Positions 51,362-62,798 of a DNA stretch of 64,000 bases are shown here, piece by piece. The DNA is taken from assembly GCF_009834535.1 (NCBI RefSeq), contig NC_045697.1:90336001-90400000 (forward strand), written 5' to 3'. This DNA comes from Camelus ferus (taxonomy: Eukaryota). A program made the position numbers and the translations under genes. Each line of letters begins with the position of its first letter. Position 1 is the stretch's first letter. The notes beneath the pieces were generated by a model. That model did no database searches. It worked only from the letters and a program-made list of their open reading frames with translations, and was not told the DNA's origin.

Positions 51362-53174
51362 TTATTTAATTCTTTCAATAATTCTGGACATAGTTAACAG
51401 TACCCTATTAGATATATGAGGATTAGAGAGACTGATTTATCTAGAGTGGTAGAGCCAGGATTCACACTCAGTTATGCAGATCCATCCTACACTTAAGAGC
51501 TTGTACCACACAAATAAATCTTTAAAGTTATATTTTCTTGTAATGTTCTCTAACTGCTTAACATATATGAAATCCATGTGACACCCTCCCTCCAAGTCCC
51601 TTGAGGTCCAGTCCTCATGCAGGGCACACCATAATGCTTAGTTAATACTACTGACTTGAACTGGCAGACAAGGAAGGCCTCAAAAGTGATAATGAAGTTC
51701 CCATAAAAAGGTTGCTATTTAAATATTAAATAATCCCAAACTTTCCTAAAAGGACTGTGAACTACCAGATGCTTCAGACAACCTAGGAGAAGCTTTAGGA
51801 AAGCATCATCATGGAGAAACACTCAGTAGGTGTTTGCAGATGATGACAAGAAAGTCTTAAGGGAATTGAACCTTTGACAGAATGGAGTAGAAGTGTCAAA
51901 GATCAGAGTTGTCCTTCAAAACTTCAAGCATCCAAACATTTAAACTTCCAAAGAGTATGTCTTAACAAGAAGTGGGAAAGATTAAATAGAGTGATTCCTT
52001 TGATCACTTTCATGTTCTAAAGCATTTCCTTTTCTTTGACCTTAGAGGTCCATGTTAGCTGAAGCAGTTTTAGAAGACAACTAAATTGGACCATTACACT
52101 ACCATGAAGTAAATTCTGACACAATTCTTTATCCTCTGTCCAGAGGCTGGGATCCCAAGGAAAAGAGACTGGAGCAATGTCTGGACATGTCTCAGTAACC
52201 ACTCACCCAGCTCTTATTCTGGCACTACCAGGAAATATCCAGCCAAATACACTGAGTTGCTGTCTTGTGTCCCTCCCATAACAGGCACTACACCTGTATT
52301 ACAGAACTTCAAGCCTTGCCATAGTGCCCTGGTGATAGAGCTAATGCCCAATAAGCTTACAGCTACAGAGCTATCAGGAGAAAATAAACCTTTGATAGCA
52401 GTGGGTTTCAACCTTAGCCTGCAGCTAATGGCCATTAATGCTAAAGGAAAACTCCTATCCAACACCTTTTTAAGCACCGTTCTTGGTAATCTTTAAACAG
52501 TAACCATTTCCATCACCATGGCTCTTAAAGCTTCTTAATAATTAGTCCTTTAGAAACTGTGGACAAACTGGCAGTTAAAAGCTCCTAGCTCCTCACTGCA
52601 GTCCTGCTCAGTGGCGTGTATGAGTCTCTTTGTGACTTTCATTCAGGGCATGTGGCAGCTGGAGCATAGCCGACCCCATCTTTCAACAGTCTCATTCGCC
52701 TGGTTTTTAGGGGTCAGAGACAACACTCCAGCTGCCAGTTTCATGCCCAATGACAGGGTGAAGGATCTTTTCCACAGAAAGTCAAGTAGCCTTTAACATA
52801 AACAGCTCAAATCACTGGCTTATTCTTTCTACTCTCTTCCCCTCTCCTGTGCCAAGGGACCTCCCTCAGCTTTGTAATACCTTCTGTCACCAACACAATT
52901 AAGGCCACTGCCATGCACCCACCCCCAACACCTTTATGTGTAGAGAATATTAATGTATCAAAACTTAAGCCAGCAAAGAAAAGGGGTATGATAACTTACT
53001 GCGAAAATTTGTTCACTTAACTGATCATTCTCTCAAGAACTAGTTTAAACTCTTCTTAAAAATTAATAAAGCATTATTACCTCCCTAAGCATCCATGCAC
53101 ACTTACATACAACACTGTATCAGCCAAGAATGTATTTACTTTGGGTAATTTTTTTAAGGAATTGCTAGAGTATC

Positions 53175-53490
53175 ATATGAAACGTCCCCCAAATATAAAT
53201 ACATATGTATATTTGTATTATGTAGATAGTTGTATATAGATACGTAACCACAGTATTTAAATGTATATATTTATATATCTGTATTCTTTATATTTTGAAT
53301 TTTATATAGTATGTATATTCATTTATTACACTAATGTTACATAACATATACATACGTATTTTTATGTATGTGTTTTGCATAAAATATACTAATATAAATA
53401 TATAGTAACACAAATATTTCAAATAGCATATTTATATAGAGAATTTACTTTATATATAAATATGAACGTTTCCTAAAATATAAATATATA
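53175..53490. repeat. AT-rich low-complexity block bounded by diverged 31-bp direct repeats
   Basis: ATATGAAACGTCCCCCAAATATAAATACATA (53175-53205) vs ATATGAACGTTTCCTAAAATATAAATATATA (53460-53490). Confidence 0.65.
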
Positions 53491-55234
53491 CACCTTCACC
53501 CTAAACAAAACCTTGTGAGAGTCATTCAAGTCCACAGTGAAATTTCTTCCACTCCTTATTTTATTTTTTGTGTTTATGTTATGAATGGGGAAGGGGTGAC
53601 AAAAACAGAATCACTGTATCTAATGAAGTCTGGCTCTGCTATCAGGTCAAATAAAAAATCAGGAGATCTATGACCTAGAGGTATTTTCATTGTTAAAAGG
53701 AACTCTTTCATTTTCAAGAGGATGATAAAGGGATTATAAACAAAAGTTTCACTCCTAAATATGAAGAAAAATTACTTTTTTGGGATTTCAAAGGTCAATA
53801 TAACCAATCCAAAGTCAAGACTAAAACTGGGCAGAGAAAAAGTTAAATAAAGCTAAGATAATGATAAGATTTATTCCCAGATACACAGATAACTATCATG
53901 AAATAACAGAGTCTCAATCACTGGGATAGGGTTGTTCACCGGTTTCAAAAAAAAATACACGTGCATATCTAACTCATAAAGAATTCGTGAATAGGGAGGA
54001 GGTACAAATGTAAGTTCTGATTCATTTATTTTTGTTTACTGCACACTCAACTAATGTCAAAGAAGGATCTGAGGCAGAATTCTGTTCTGAACTATCAAAG
54101 ACTCCACGAGGGAAAGGTGGCAGCACCAGCAGAAGTAGTGTTAACGTGGCTGCTGGTTTCCCTGCCCTTCCCCAGACCAGGCTCTTTCACATGAGGTTGG
54201 CGCTGCCCTCCCACATTCCCCTGATTCAAAGAAAACTAAATAAATATGTATTTTACTACTTGGCAATATGTGTGACTTTTTAAAAGCCATTCCATCAAAC
54301 ACTAAAAGTAAATAATTGTGTGGTTTATGTATACAACTTGCATTGTTTATGGCAAGTATAACAGAAGAAAGGCAGAGAAAGGTTAAATATTTGATTCTGG
54401 CATTTCTAAGTAGTGTCTGATATAATAATTTATTGCATTTTAAGAATATAAACTACCTCAGCAAATTCTATTCCCCCCAGGAACTGCCAAAACTGCATTC
54501 TGCAAATACTAAAAAGAAGAAAACTTTTGCCAAATACAAAGATGGTATCTATCAGTGAAAGAGTTAAGAAAATGATGAGCTCTGTAATAGATTTTCTTTT
54601 CATTCATATTTATATGTTGTAAAATATCTTAGTAGCTCAGATGGATGCATTCAATACCTTACACTTTGAAAGCAATTTATGAACTTCACTAAAAAACATT
54701 TACTATCAATGCCACAGAGCTTTTCCCAAACAATTTTTACCATAAAATTGTTCCATCACATACCCATTAATATCTTACAAATACTAACATCCCCACAGCA
54801 TAGCTTAGAAATCAGTTATACAGAATGTAATAATGTATTATCCAACAGTATGGGTAACAGAAATACACACATGTGCTAAAGAAAGGAAGCAAGGTATTTA
54901 CAGATAGAGAATGCTCCTCAAATACCATACTCAGTAGTCCTGATTCTTACTTTCCCCTACCTCCCATCCAGTCTTATTCAGTTTCTGTACCGTTTTGAAA
55001 ACTTTTTTCTATTTTTCCTAATTTTGATTCTCCAAAAAAGTTCATGACTATTTGAATCAACCTTACCCAGATTTTTATTTACAGATAAAAGAAAATCCAA
55101 ATATAACTAAACAAAACTACATTGAACTTGTATAAATAATACTATAAATAAATGTATTACTAAAATGACAAAAATATATTAATTGAAACAAGATGTTCCC
55201 CCTTTTCAGGAACACTACAGTTTTAGCTAAAGTA

Positions 55235-55420
55235 AATATGACAGAGAAAAGCTAGAATATGTATAAAATAATGCTGAAAGGATACAAAGAAACTGATAAT
55301 AAATGGTTGCTTCTAGGGAAGAAAACTAGAGGATTTTTTACTGTATATTCTTTTGTTCTGTTTGAAGTTTTTATCATATATAGTGTTGAGTTTTCAGAAA
55401 AATAGAAATATATATTAAAT
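55235..55420 (+). mobile_element. L1ME-type 3' terminal fragment
   Basis: AGGATACAAAGAAACTGATAATAAATGGTTGCTTCTAGGG..TTTTTACTGTATATTCTTTTG. Confidence 0.55.
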
Positions 55421-56447
55421 TAAAATTCTTGTAAACAGTAAAGATGTTAAGAATCCATATAGCAAACATAAGATGGTGGGGTTTGCCATCTGCCTCATAC
55501 ATAGGAATTTCCTATTTAGTTAAAAGACTGAGCATGAAAATTATTTCTTTAAATCTTACAATTGACAAGAAATATTAAGACCTCTGGAGAAAAAACAATT
55601 AAATAGCTAACCAGAGCAAACATAAAGCTCATGATGGTGGGTTATACTTGATTTAAACATCTGACTCTTTATTCAATATCAGTAAATCCTCAGTAATATG
55701 TGGACTCAAATAAACATCTAAGAAATTAAAATTATTGAATTCACAATCAGTGGCTAATAAAAAGGCATTTCAAGGCCCAGGAACATTAAGCTTCCTGGAC
55801 CTTGACATCATGACACAAACAGAAAATCCTGAGGGAAAGAGAGAATGATTCAGACTTAAAACTTCAGGAGAATATGGTTATACAGTACTGAAAAAATTAA
55901 AAGAAAACTTTATATACTAAGACATTCATTAGCTTTGTATTACGATGAGAAAAAATGGAAATAACCTAAATGCACGTTAATACAGAACTGTGGAGTTACA
56001 CAACATCCCCTCAATCAACATTATGAATTTTCATCTTAAAAACTATGGAACAGCATAGAAATTATTATTATCTAATGAAATCGTAATATAAATTGCATAT
56101 ATTCCATTATCAAAAACATGTTTCTGTGCCGTATTTGTGGTCCTCGACTGCTGCAGCTCCAAGAGCACAGAGAGGAAGAAGCTGAAGACTAAGACTCCTG
56201 ATGTTCAATCATACACATACAGAACACACAGCATACAAACACACACACACACTCATCCCCTCTGCCACATCACCAGAGCTACTGCCACCTCTTTGGGACT
56301 CAGCATGGGAATGGACACATGTATCTGCCATATGAAAAAGATACTTTCTAAATATTGTCACTTTCCTCAGCCTTGAGGAAATTCCCCCAAATAACCCAGA
56401 ACCTTCCAGGATTACAATCCTTCTACCTATCTCAACTCAAGATTCCA

Positions 56448-57794
56448 CCCAAGGCAATCTACAGATTTAATGCAATCCCTATCCAATTACCCAGGACATA
56501 TTTCACAGAACTAGAACAAATCATAATAAAATTCATATGGAACCATCAAAGACGTAGAATTGCCAAAGCATTACTGAAGAGAAAGAAAGAGGCTGGAGGA
56601 ATAACTCTCCCAGACTTCAGACAATACTATAGAGCTACAGTCATCAAGACAGCATGGTACTGGTACCAAAACAGACATATAGACCAATGGAACAGAATAG
56701 AGAGCCCAGAAATGAACCCACAAACTTTTGGTCAACTCATCTTTGACAAAGGAGGCAAGAATATACATTGGAACAAAGACAGTCTCTTCAGCAAATGGTG
56801 TTGGGAAAACTGGACAGCAGCATGTAAAACAATGAAGCTAGAACACTCCCTTACACCATATACAAAAATCAACTCAAAATGGATTAAAGACTTAAACATA
56901 AGACAAGATACAATAAACCTCCTAGAGGAAAACATAGGCAAAACATTATCTGACATACATCTCAAAAATTTTCTCCTAGAAGAAATAAAAGCAAGAATAA
57001 ACAAATGGGACCTAATGAAACTTACAAGCTTCTGCACAGCAAAGGAAACCAGAAGTAAAACAAGAAGAAAACCTACGGAATGGGAGAAAATTCTTGCAAG
57101 TGAAACCGACAAAGGCTTGATCTCCAGAATATATAAGCAGCTCATACGACTCAATAAGAAAAAAATAAACAACCCAATCCAAAAATGGGCAGAAGACCTA
57201 AACAAGCAATTCTCCAAGGAAGACATACAAATGATCAAAAAGCACATGAAAAAATGCTCAGTATCACTAATTATCAGAGAAATGCAAATCAAAACTACAA
57301 TGAGGTATCACCTCACACCAGTCAGAATGGCCGTCATTCAAAAATCCACAAATGACAAATGCTGGAGAGGCTGTGGAGAAAGGGGAACCCTCCTACACTG
57401 CTGGTGGGAATGCAGTTTGGTGCAGCCACTATGGAAAACAGTGTGGAGATTCCTCAAAAGACTAGGAATAGACTTACCATATGACCCAGGAATCCCACTC
57501 CTGGGCTTGTATACAGAAGGAAATCTACTTCAGGATGACACCTGCACCCCAATGTTCATAGCAGCACTGTTTACAATAGCCAAAACATGGAAACAGCCTA
57601 AATGTCCATCAACAGGTGACTGGATAAAGAAGAGGTGGTATATTTATACAATGGAATACTACTCAGCCATAAAAACCGACAACATAATGCCATTTGCAGC
57701 AACATGGATGCTCCTGGAGAATGTCATTCTAAGTGAAGTAAGCCAGAAAGAGAAAGAAAAATACCATATGAGATCGCTCATATGTGGAATCTAA
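56448..57794 (+). pseudogene. L1 ORF2p C-terminal 448 codons, open but N-terminally truncated (no EN or RT catalytic core)
   Basis: [59 protein letters not shown]. Confidence 0.95.
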
Positions 57795-58120
57795 AAAACA
57801 AAAACAAAAACAAACAAACAAACAAAAACAAAGCGTAAATAAAGGACAGAAATAGACTCACAGACAGAGAATACAGACTTGTGGTTACCAGGGGGGTGGA
57901 GGGTGGGAAGGGATAGACTGGGATTTCAAAATTGTAGAATAGACTACACTGTATAGCACAGGGAAATATACACAAAATGTTATGATAACTCACAGAGAAA
58001 AAAATGTGACAATGAGTGTGTATATGTCCATGAATGACTGAAAAATTGTGCTGAACACTAGAATTTGACACAACATTGTAAAATGATTATAAATCAATAA
58101 AAAATGTTAAAAAAAAAAAA
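56448..58120 (+). mobile_element. Young 5'-truncated L1 (camelid-like) with poly(A) and TSD
   Basis: Perfect 9-bp TSD AAGATTCCA at 56439-56447 and 58121-58129. Uninterrupted poly(A) after AATAAA. G-rich 3'UTR tract at about 57891-57912. Confidence 0.97.
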
Positions 58121-58297
58121 AAGATTCCATCTCCTCCCCTTTCGGAAGCATAATCTCAAGCTTCATCCTCTTCATTGGACCTAAAATCCTGAAACACAAA
58201 AGATTTTGACATCCTCTCTGCCAGCTGATAAGGAATAATGTTAGCAATGAGACAGAGAAGTTAGGAAGGGGAACTAGTTTAGTTGAAGGAAATATAA

Positions 58298-58400
58298 TTC
58301 ATTTGTTCATTCATCCAAGAAAAATGCACTTCCTGCATAGTATGTACCAAATGTGCAGAACACAGCAGTGAACAAAATAAACACAGTTCTCAATTTTATC
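58298..58400 (-). mobile_element. L2 3' end
   Basis: TTCATTTGTTCATTCATCCAAG..GAACACAGCAGTGAACAAAATAAACAC. Confidence 0.6.
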
Positions 58401-59689
58401 TGGGGCAATTAATGCTGAGTCTAATTTGGACACAATGAATCTGAGTTACTGCTAGGAAAACCTAATGGATCAACTTGTAGACAGATAGAAACATGGTTTT
58501 CCAAAAAGTGCAGACAAGACTCTCCACAGGGTTAGTTTTGGATTCTAAGCAGATACAAACTGAACAGAGAGGATTTAAAGGGATTGAGTAATTGAGTGTT
58601 TCACTGAAAATACAATGCAGGCTTGGTAGAATGGGCAATAAGATGTCAATTCCACAAATTTTAGAGACCTCAGAGGTAGAAGTTTACTTCTGATGAATGA
58701 TTAAGAATAGAATATAGTCACACTAGATCAATGTTGGAAGAGTGGAGACAGGAGTTGAAGGCCTCAGAGAGAGCCAGGACTATTAAGTTAGAAGAGTGGA
58801 AAAACATTCTCATTAGCCAAAGATTTTTCAACATAGGAGCAATTTAAATCAACAAAAGAGGCCTTGGGATAAATTTTAATAATATCTCTACATATAATCA
58901 CTCTGAAGGAGGAAAGCTTTAAAGAGGCTGACATGCCTTAAGAGAACTGAGAGGAGAAAATTTCCATGAAAACAAACAAAAAAATGGCCTGGAGATGAGC
59001 TGAAAAAAAACTTAAAAACTGTAAAAGCTAAGTACATGACTCACAAAAATCATATTTTAGGGGGAAAAAAGGAAAATGTGAAAAAAAAAAAAACCAAAAA
59101 AGGTACAGCTTCAAAGAGCACTGGAAAACTCAGGGAAAAAAATGGAGGTGAGGAAGAAAAGAAACAGCTAATAACCATATCCAATTTGGCTCTAATAAGG
59201 ATGTCAAGGATTATTACTAAAACAATAAATACCATCAAGATATAAATACTTTACAGCCACTAGTGACCTAATCCTCCTTTCTCTCATTTATACTGCAACT
59301 ATAAACAATAAACTACACATTTGGAGAACATGAAATAAATAAATTAAAAAGACTCCTTTGGGAGGTAACATTGGATAATACTGCTTCATCCACAAAAAAA
59401 TACAGCAATGAATGAGAATGAGACATTCAAAAGAATAAAGAACTCCAAATTCTCTACAATGATAGAGAAAATGTGGTTAATGTTACCATGGTATTTAGAT
59501 TAGCATAACTGGGCAAGGGATACTTTTTCAGCAAATCTAATGTTTTTAATAGTATTTCAACATTTCTTCTCTGACATCAGGTTTTTAAATTACTAAATTC
59601 CAAAGTCAATCAGAGACAATTTAGTAATAATGTAATTTATTAACTTGGGGGTAGGAGAGGAAAGTTTAGTGTTTCATTTAGAAACTTAC

Positions 59690-59767
59690 CTTCTTTTAAA
59701 AGAGCTACAATGAATTGAATCTGGTGAAGTTTTCCATATTTTTATGAGAACAAAATGCTATTAAGGC
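59690..59767 (-). other. Candidate 78-nt internal exon of an unidentified minus-strand transcript
   Basis: acattttgtttgtag|GCCTTAATAGC...TTTTAAAAGAAG|gtaagt. Full-consensus donor and good acceptor, in non-repeat sequence. Confidence 0.45.
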
Positions 59768-59999
59768 CTACAAACAAAATGTATTTTTATTAAAATGACT
59801 AATGCTTAGTGAAAAGTTCAAAAGCTGGAAAAGAAGCACTAAAAAGGATTTTAAAAGCAACAGTTCAGCTCACTCAGTTACTGGAAAAGTCATTTTCGAA
59901 GTTAACCTTCAGGGCTAGGCAGCAGCTGGAAAAGCAGCTTATTTCATTACATAGTTCATAAATGTCATGCACTGTTCTTGAAAAAGTCAAAATATGTTA

Positions 60000-60500
60000 C
60001 CCTTAAAGACTTCAAATGACTCTATAAGAGCAGATAAGATATACAATAGATATAACACAAAATACATATATTAAAAGATTTCTCTCAATCAGATACAATG
60101 TATGATCACTGGCTGCCTCCTGGATTCAAAAACATAAATAAGTCAAAGGTTATAAAAAACTTTTTTTAATAATTGAAGAAATCTGAATAAAGAATATACT
60201 AAATTAATCTTAATTTGAAGTTAAATTTCTTTGGTTTAACAATGTTTTATATTTAAGAAGGAAGAGGTCCTTGCTCTTTAAAGATTCATGTTGAAGTATT
60301 TGGTGATAAAATGTCTATAACTTACTTTCATATGTATGTTGTGTGTATGTTTTGTGTGTGTGTACGTACAGAGATAAAGCAAGTGTCTCAATAATTTTTA
60401 AAAGTGATAAATCTAAATATAGTATATATGGGCATTCACTGCACTATTATTTTTGTATTATTACAATTTTCCTATAGGTTTTTAACTTTTATAAATGAAT
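60000..60500 (+). mobile_element. L1MC4/5-like 3'UTR fragment
   Basis: AATAATTGAAGAAATCTGAATA..GATTCATGTTGAAGTATTTGGTGATAAAATGTC..TATATGGGCATTCACTGCACTATT. Confidence 0.65.
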
Positions 60501-61265
60501 AGCTGGGGAGGAAGGCAAGATATCTCAAGCCAACACTGTTAGAAAATAGAACCTGTACAGAAACACAACGCAGAACTAGATAGGAAAATATCACCATAAA
60601 AACAAATTTATTTAGCATCTAAATACACATGGTACACTGTACCAGGTGTTCTAACAAAAAAATAATGTACTCTCTGGCTTTTAAGAACACATAATCTAAG
60701 ACCAACATTGTTGATAAACATAAAGAACACTTAAGTTGAAGAAAGAACAGCTACGTAAATGTAAACAATAAGGAAAGTATATGTCTTAATCATCACTACT
60801 TTTCTAACCACACACACAGAAAAAGCTGCCCAAATCTGGCAACGCTCATTCCAACCTTTATGACTTTATATATAGCCTACCACTTTAACTGGCCTCACAG
60901 GATATAGAAAATTTAACAAGTATCGTTTTCTCATTCAAGAAATGGGAGTGACCATTAAGAACATTATAACAGAGTATTCTGTGTTAAATTACAAATTTGC
61001 CCTCTTCCCAACAACCCCTGCTTTCCTTCATGAGTCAGTTCAAACATTCTTTCTTAGGAGCATTTTCTGATTGACTTAAACTGAGCTAAGACAAAGATAA
61101 TAGTAATATCTTATTATTATTACAGTATATAATTTTTCCAATCCACACTGACTGAGCATTTGCTAGGTGCTTGAGATACAAGAATTAATAAGATATTTGC
61201 TATGCCATTGACAAGTCCCTAGCCTGGTACTGGAGACACCCATGCAAAGAAATAACTATGTATAC

Positions 61266-61751
61266 TGCCGGGAGCAGGGAGAAATTTCCCCCTAACCCAT
61301 TTTGAATTCTTTTGACTGGTCTAATAATTAAATTGATACAAGGCAGATTAATAGGAGAAAAAAGTTTGATCTGGATGTCAAGAGTCTCATAGAAACAGGA
61401 CACCCAGAGTAACCAAAGAAGGCTGTTCATATATTATTTTTAGACAAAGAAACAATTACTTGTGAAGATTTAACAAAACAAAGGGGCTTGTACTTGGGGT
61501 AGTAAACTGATGAAGTAACAAAGTTTGCTTGTACAGCTTAGCCTTGAATTCCCTAACTCTGGTGATAAGGATGCTTTCTATCCTGCTAGAATAGAAAGGA
61601 TACCTTCAAGTGGGAGATTTATTTCCTGCTTCCATGGAGAAAGAGTATTTTTAATATGATTTTTCCCCCACCATCCATCTGCCAAATAACTGCAATTCAA
61701 AATAATCAATATGGCACGGTGGCATATCTTAGGGTGCCCTGAGATCCAACA
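61266..61751 (-). mobile_element. ERV1-class solo LTR
   Basis: TG..CA ends with 4-bp TSD ATAC/ATAT. Reverse 3' end TTTTCTCCTATTAATCTGCCTTGTATCAATTTAATT is typical of ERV1 LTRs. Confidence 0.78.
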
Positions 61752-61789
61752 ATATCATCTATTATCATGCCATCCACGAAGCTGTTCAC

Positions 61790-62520
61790 GCCAGAAACCT
61801 CAGATTCCTTTTATGATTCTTTTCTTTTGTCCACTGACATTTAGGCCATTGGCAAAGTGACTCTATCAAGACAAACATATCCTGAATGCATCCTTTTCTT
61901 TCCACTGTTACTCTAGTCCAGAACTAGCTTCTTTCACCTATATTGCTCCTAAGAAACATAATTTGTCTCCCATAAATGGTCTTCCCCTCTTGACTCTTTA
62001 CAATCTGTTTTCCACACAGGAGCCAGAGTAATCTTTTAAAACATAAAACAGATCATGTCCGTCCCTTGCTTAAACCCTTCAAATGGTTTCATCTGGAACA
62101 AAATTCAAATTCTTTACCTATGGCTGCCTGCCAAGTTCCATAAAATCTGGACCTGTCTGTATCTGTATTTCTGGCTTAATCTCCTAATCTCCCTCTCACA
62201 CAGTACACTTTAGCCATACTGGCTTTCTGTATATTCCTCAAATATATCAGCTTTTTACATTTCCTCTTACACTTTCACATGAGTCATTTCTCTGTGCCTA
62301 AACTGCTATGAATATTTGAGTGGCTAGCTCATTATTGTCACGCAGGTCCCAATTAAAATGTTACTTCTCAGCAAGGTCTTTACCTATGACTCACTCTAAA
62401 ATAGCCATCTGCCTTCTTTCTTCATTTCACCCTGTTTTAGTATCATTGTAACACTGATCACTACTTGACCTTATCTTATTTAAAATTTTATTGGCTGTCT
62501 CCCTCTTCTAAATCAAGCCT
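61790..62520 (+). mobile_element. L2a-like LINE fragment
   Basis: CCACACAGGAGCCAGAGTAATCTTTTAAAACATAAAACAGATCATGTC..CTTAAACCCTTCAAATGG..AAATGTTACTTCTCAG. Confidence 0.8.
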
Positions 62521-62529
62521 TCTCAGAAG

Positions 62530-62797
62530 AAATTACTACTGCCCTTTCAGAAATAAAAAAGAATTATAATGGAGTACTATGAGCAACTGTACACCAAAAA
62601 ATTAATAATTTAGATGAAATGGATGAATTCCTAGAAAGATAAAAACTACTAAAACTGAATCAAGAAAAAACAGAAAACCAGAATAAGCCCACAAAAATTA
62701 GAAACTGAATTATTAATTTTAAAAATTCCCATAAATAAAAGACCATGGCCAGTTGGCTTCACTAGGGAGTTCTACCAAAAATTTAAGAAGAATTACT
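62530..62797 (+). mobile_element. Old L1 ORF2 fragment (linker region)
   Basis: TACTATGAGCAACTGTACACC..TTAGATGAAATGGATGAATTCCTAGAAAGA..GGCTTCACTAGGGAGTTCTACCAAAAATTTAA. Confidence 0.82.
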
Positions 62798-62798
62798 A

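Noticed and set aside
31198..51754. Shared 19-mer CCCA(G/A)ACTTTCCTAAAAGG at about 31198 and 51736
   Set aside because: A few such matches are expected by chance in 64 kb, and the flanks do not align.
56355..57794. 479-aa ORF as a chimeric host gene
   Set aside because: It starts at TTG. The first 31 codons are flank that happens to be open, and the rest is truncated L1 ORF2.
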